Below, one piece after another: positions 57,930 through 64,000 of a stretch of 64,000 bases of DNA. The stretch is from Clostridia bacterium (GTDB taxonomy: Bacteria > Bacillota > Clostridia > UBA1212 > DUPL01). Position 1 is the first letter of the stretch. The number at the start of each line of letters is the position of its first letter. The stretch spans positions 320,001 through 384,000 of the forward strand of contig JBMNIW010000012.1 in the NCBI GenBank assembly GCA_050951325.1, read 5' to 3'. Under the pieces are notes generated by a model. The model did no database searches, was not told the origin of the DNA, and was given only the letters and a program-made list of their open reading frames with translations. Both the position numbers and the translations under genes were made by a program.

Positions 57930-59882
57930 CTACCTTACCTTGTATATTGCTACCTCCCCTTGAGCAAAAACTTTCTCATAGTTCTGCTCAAGATGATCCA
58001 GGATAATTCCTTTATAGTTGCTTTTTTCATAGGAACTTACATAAACGTAATCAATACCGTACACGTCCTTGTACTGTTCAAAGGTGTTTACGTTTGTAAA
58101 AAAGCCGTTAAGCATACTTTCTCTTTCCTGATATCCAACACCGTGGAAGTACAAAAATGTACCTGCACCACAGAAAATGTTTCTACCGGTTAACGAAGCT
58201 ATGGCATTATTGTGATTGTTGTGCGACAGAAATGTCGCATCTTTTTCTGTGTTTTCAATTATATACTCTGCTGCGTCTACATGGTCTTTTCCATAAAGCT
58301 GATATGAATACGGTCTGAACCCGGATATTATCTCTCTTGCCATTGTAAGTACTGCGGCGTTTATGCACAAGAAAATCATAAACCCTGCAATTACCTGTCT
58401 TCCCTTGATGCCCTTCATCTTGTTGTATGCATTAACCATGAACTCAGCTACAAGTATTGCAGTAAAGGCATACCATATAAGGAAAAGCTTGTTGTTATCA
58501 TAGGGATTTGGCTGGAAGACGAAGAATTCCCCTATTATAAATATCACTAATGCACCGGAATACATCAGTTTATTCTTTCTTGATGTGTTAAGAAAGGCCA
58601 AAGGAAGCAGTATAAAGCAAACTCCTACATTCTTCACCCAGAACCAGAGCCAGTTGTCTGTTTCGTTTACCCAGTTGAACATAAATCTGACAAACGACTC
58701 GTTACCCAGTGCGGCATCAAAGGTCCAAATCAGCAGTTGAGGCAGTGATATTAAAAGCGCAGGTACGCCAAACATGAGCCATGATTTGATGATTTCCTTT
58801 GAAAACCTTTCCTTGATAACAGTTACAATTATCCATCCAATGGCAACAAGACCGCAGGCAAAGTATGAATGGGTGTGTATCATTGGAATAAGGCCTGCGA
58901 ATATGCCTGCAGGGATGAAGTATTCTTTTTTGTCTTCAAACACTGCGTTGTAAAGAAGATACAATACAAAAAAGAGTACCATCCAGCCAAAGAGGGTTGC
59001 CCTTTGTGGAAGCATCATGTCGACTATTGTGTTTGTCCACCTAATATTAGTATATGAAGTGCCTTTGTTTACAAGATTGGTGGGAGTTTCATAAAAGTTT
59101 GTAAATATCCTTGTTAGGTTTTTGTTGTTGTTTCCTAAATTATCAAGGAAGTATATAAGTCCGAAACCTCCATTCAAGAAGAAAAGCATAAAAGCTACTA
59201 TGGTTTTTCTTGTTTTTCTCAGTATGCTGGCGGCTGTAAACCAGAAACCGGCAAACACGCTGAAAAAAGCAACCAGCATGGGCAAAATGTATGCTGTTCT
59301 CAGACTTGAACCAAAGAGGTACAAAGATGATGAAACAGAGTCGCATAGAAACGGATAGTTCAGTTTCATTCCTGGAAGAATGCTGTATTCAGGAGGAAAT
59401 TTACCCTGTGTTGCAATGCTGGTTATGAATCCAAGATGCATGTTCATGTCGCCGTAGGTGCACTGGCCTGTCCATATGGCGCCTTCAAACTCGTAGATGG
59501 TATGATTTAGAAGACATATGAGTGAATAAACCATTAATCCGGATATTATAATAAGAAAGGATTTTTCACTCTTTTCCAATGGAACAAACCATCTTGACTT
59601 GAAGAATGAAATATATGATTTTATGTGAAAATCTTCGCTTCTTTTGGATTTAAAGAAAAAGAGCAGTGCATAAATTGCAATGCTTGATAAAAGACCAAGA
59701 ACATGCGAGACAATGGTAAAACCAAATATGAAAGAAAAAGGCACATTGGACCACATAAGAAGGACGGTTCCAACTACCAATCCCGCCCAAAACTTAAGCA
59801 GAGGCCTTTTCTTGTCAAACATTATATCTGCCAACAAAATACCCAAGAAAAGATAAATAATATAAACTAATACTCCCAGCAC
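57930..59882 (-). CDS. Polytopic membrane protein, GT-C glycosyltransferase-like
   Basis: About 13 hydrophobic segments, loop YGDMNMHL...YPFL, PQRA, DNNK; soluble C-terminal domain. Confidence 0.5.
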   Translation of the reverse strand: MLGVLVYIIYLFLGILLADIMFDKKRPLLKFWAGLVVGTVLLMWSNVPFSFIFGFTIVSHVLGLLSSIAIYALLFFFKSKRSEDFHIKSYISFFKSRWFVPLEKSEKSFLIIISGLMVYSLICLLNHTIYEFEGAIWTGQCTYGDMNMHLGFITSIATQGKFPPEYSILPGMKLNYPFLCDSVSSSLYLFGSSLRTAYILPMLVAFFSVFAGFWFTAASILRKTRKTIVAFMLFFLNGGFGLIYFLDNLGNNNKNLTRIFTNFYETPTNLVNKGTSYTNIRWTNTIVDMMLPQRATLFGWMVLFFVLYLLYNAVFEDKKEYFIPAGIFAGLIPMIHTHSYFACGLVAIGWIIVTVIKERFSKEIIKSWLMFGVPALLISLPQLLIWTFDAALGNESFVRFMFNWVNETDNWLWFWVKNVGVCFILLPLAFLNTSRKNKLMYSGALVIFIIGEFFVFQPNPYDNNKLFLIWYAFTAILVAEFMVNAYNKMKGIKGRQVIAGFMIFLCINAAVLTMAREIISGFRPYSYQLYGKDHVDAAEYIIENTEKDATFLSHNNHNNAIASLTGRNIFCGAGTFLYFHGVGYQERESMLNGFFTNVNTFEQYKDVYGIDYVYVSSYEKSNYKGIILDHLEQNYEKVFAQGEVAIYKVR

Positions 59883-59987
59883 AAAGTCCTCCCAATATTC
59901 AATAATTTATTTATAAACAATTTGTATCTATATTATCACTTTTCAAGATTCATTTCAATTGATATAATCAAGATAACAAAATTTTAG

Positions 59988-63086
<3,099 letters not shown>

Positions 63087-63202
63087 AATGTTTATAAAAG
63101 CTTTGTTGCCATGACAAATATTACATTGACAAAGGATTTAAAAAGCTGTAAAGTATAATTGTTGTACTCGTTACGACTATGATGAAAGGAGTTCATTTTT
63201 TC

Positions 63203-63754
63203 ATGAAAATACTTGTTTTATACAACACCGTCGACGGAAATACACAGGCAGTGGCAGAAGCCATAGCTAACGCTTTGGATGCCGATCTTGTTAAGATAGT
63301 AAGAGTTAAAGGTGTAAGGGCATACGGTTTCTTTACAAAGTTGAAACATAGAATGGAAGTAGTTAGAAAGAAGAAGCCTGACATTTTCCCTCTGCGCAAG
63401 GACCCAAGAGACTACGATCTTGTATTTATAGGAACTCCTGTCTGGTACGATTCCTATAACCCAGTATACAATACCCTTTTTGATGTAATTAAGATCTACG
63501 ATAGAAAGATTGCGCTTTTCTCAACTGGTGAAGAAGAAGACACCAAGGCTCTTGACAAACTGGCGGACTATCTTGTTGACTCGGTTCTTCTTGGCAAGTT
63601 CCACTGTGTTGAGCCTATTTGGTGTGACACGGATGAAGAAACACAAGAAATTCTTGACAAGGCTGTTGCCTGGGCAAAGAATATAGCACAAGAGGCTCAG
63701 CAGATGAAAGAGAAAGAAGAGTTAGAGCGCCGCAAGACAATCTACAAATATTAA
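63203..63754 (+). CDS. Flavodoxin-like protein
   Basis: KILVLY...GNTQAVA, YDLVFIGTPVW, IALFST. Confidence 0.7.
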   Translation: MKILVLYNTVDGNTQAVAEAIANALDADLVKIVRVKGVRAYGFFTKLKHRMEVVRKKKPDIFPLRKDPRDYDLVFIGTPVWYDSYNPVYNTLFDVIKIYDRKIALFSTGEEEDTKALDKLADYLVDSVLLGKFHCVEPIWCDTDEETQEILDKAVAWAKNIAQEAQQMKEKEELERRKTIYKY

Positions 63755-63775
63755 TAACAAAAAGATACTTACTAC

Positions 63776-63802
63776 AGGGGGCTTCTTGGAGGAGCCCTTT
63801 TT
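63776..63802 (+). terminator. Terminator after the flavodoxin-like gene
   Basis: GGGGGCTTCT-TGG-AGGAGCCCTT hairpin (G:U pairs) followed by a T-run. Confidence 0.7.
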
Positions 63803-63824
63803 GTGTGAAAAGGGAGGTTAAATT

Positions 63825-64000
63825 ATGGATGTGCCCATAAAGGGGATTAACTCCGAAGAAGTTAAACTTGCAAGGGATTTGTCCACTGGGAAGAAGGTGG
63901 ACAATGAACAGTTGTTCATATGCGAAGGTCTTTGGGCGGTTGAGAAGATTATAAAAAAGAGGATAAAGGTGGAAATGTTTTTCTTCTGTCCTGACATGAT
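63825..64000 (+). CDS. Probable TrmH/SpoU RNA methyltransferase, 5' fragment
   Basis: GGGAGG RBS; MDVPIKGINSEEVKLARDL...LFICEGLWAVE resembles the SpoU substrate-binding N-terminus; open to the window end. Confidence 0.5.
   Translation, partial: MDVPIKGINSEEVKLARDLSTGKKVDNEQLFICEGLWAVEKIIKKRIKVEMFFFCPDM

Overview
This window is the replication-origin region of a low-GC Clostridia-class Firmicute chromosome; the gene order resembles Acetivibrio/Ruminiclostridium-like clostridia (inference). The left arm (minus strand) holds a truncated polysaccharide deacetylase gene, tRNA-Asn, two tandem rRNA operons, gyrA, a MarR-fab-acc fatty acid operon, a RAYT/Y1-transposase-like gene, and noc-rsmG-mnmG-mnmE-jag-yidC-yidD-rnpA-rpmH. 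The right arm (plus strand) holds dnaA-oriC-dnaN-yaaA-recF-remB-gyrB, three parS sites, parA-parB, DUF4446 and tRNA-Ser. An accessory stretch follows: a DUF438/PAS protein, citrate synthase, a GH99-like surface protein, an ECF S component plus kinase, an amino-acid ABC transporter, cadC-HMA-cadA, a corrinoid protein/GH106-like/HAD operon, rtcB, a GT-C-like membrane protein, a GH2 beta-galactosidase, a flavodoxin-like gene and a partial TrmH gene. The main oddities are an intact but apparently catalytically dead RAYT-fold gene, a circularly permuted amino-acid binding protein, a 19-nt helix-44 hairpin extension in only one 16S copy, and an orphan corrinoid protein co-transcribed with a glycoside hydrolase. 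Also notable are three tandem Spo0A boxes before noc, a parS site embedded in the gyrB terminator, and a terminator-like hairpin directly after the ECF promoter. All family assignments come from motif recognition by eye; no database searches were run.
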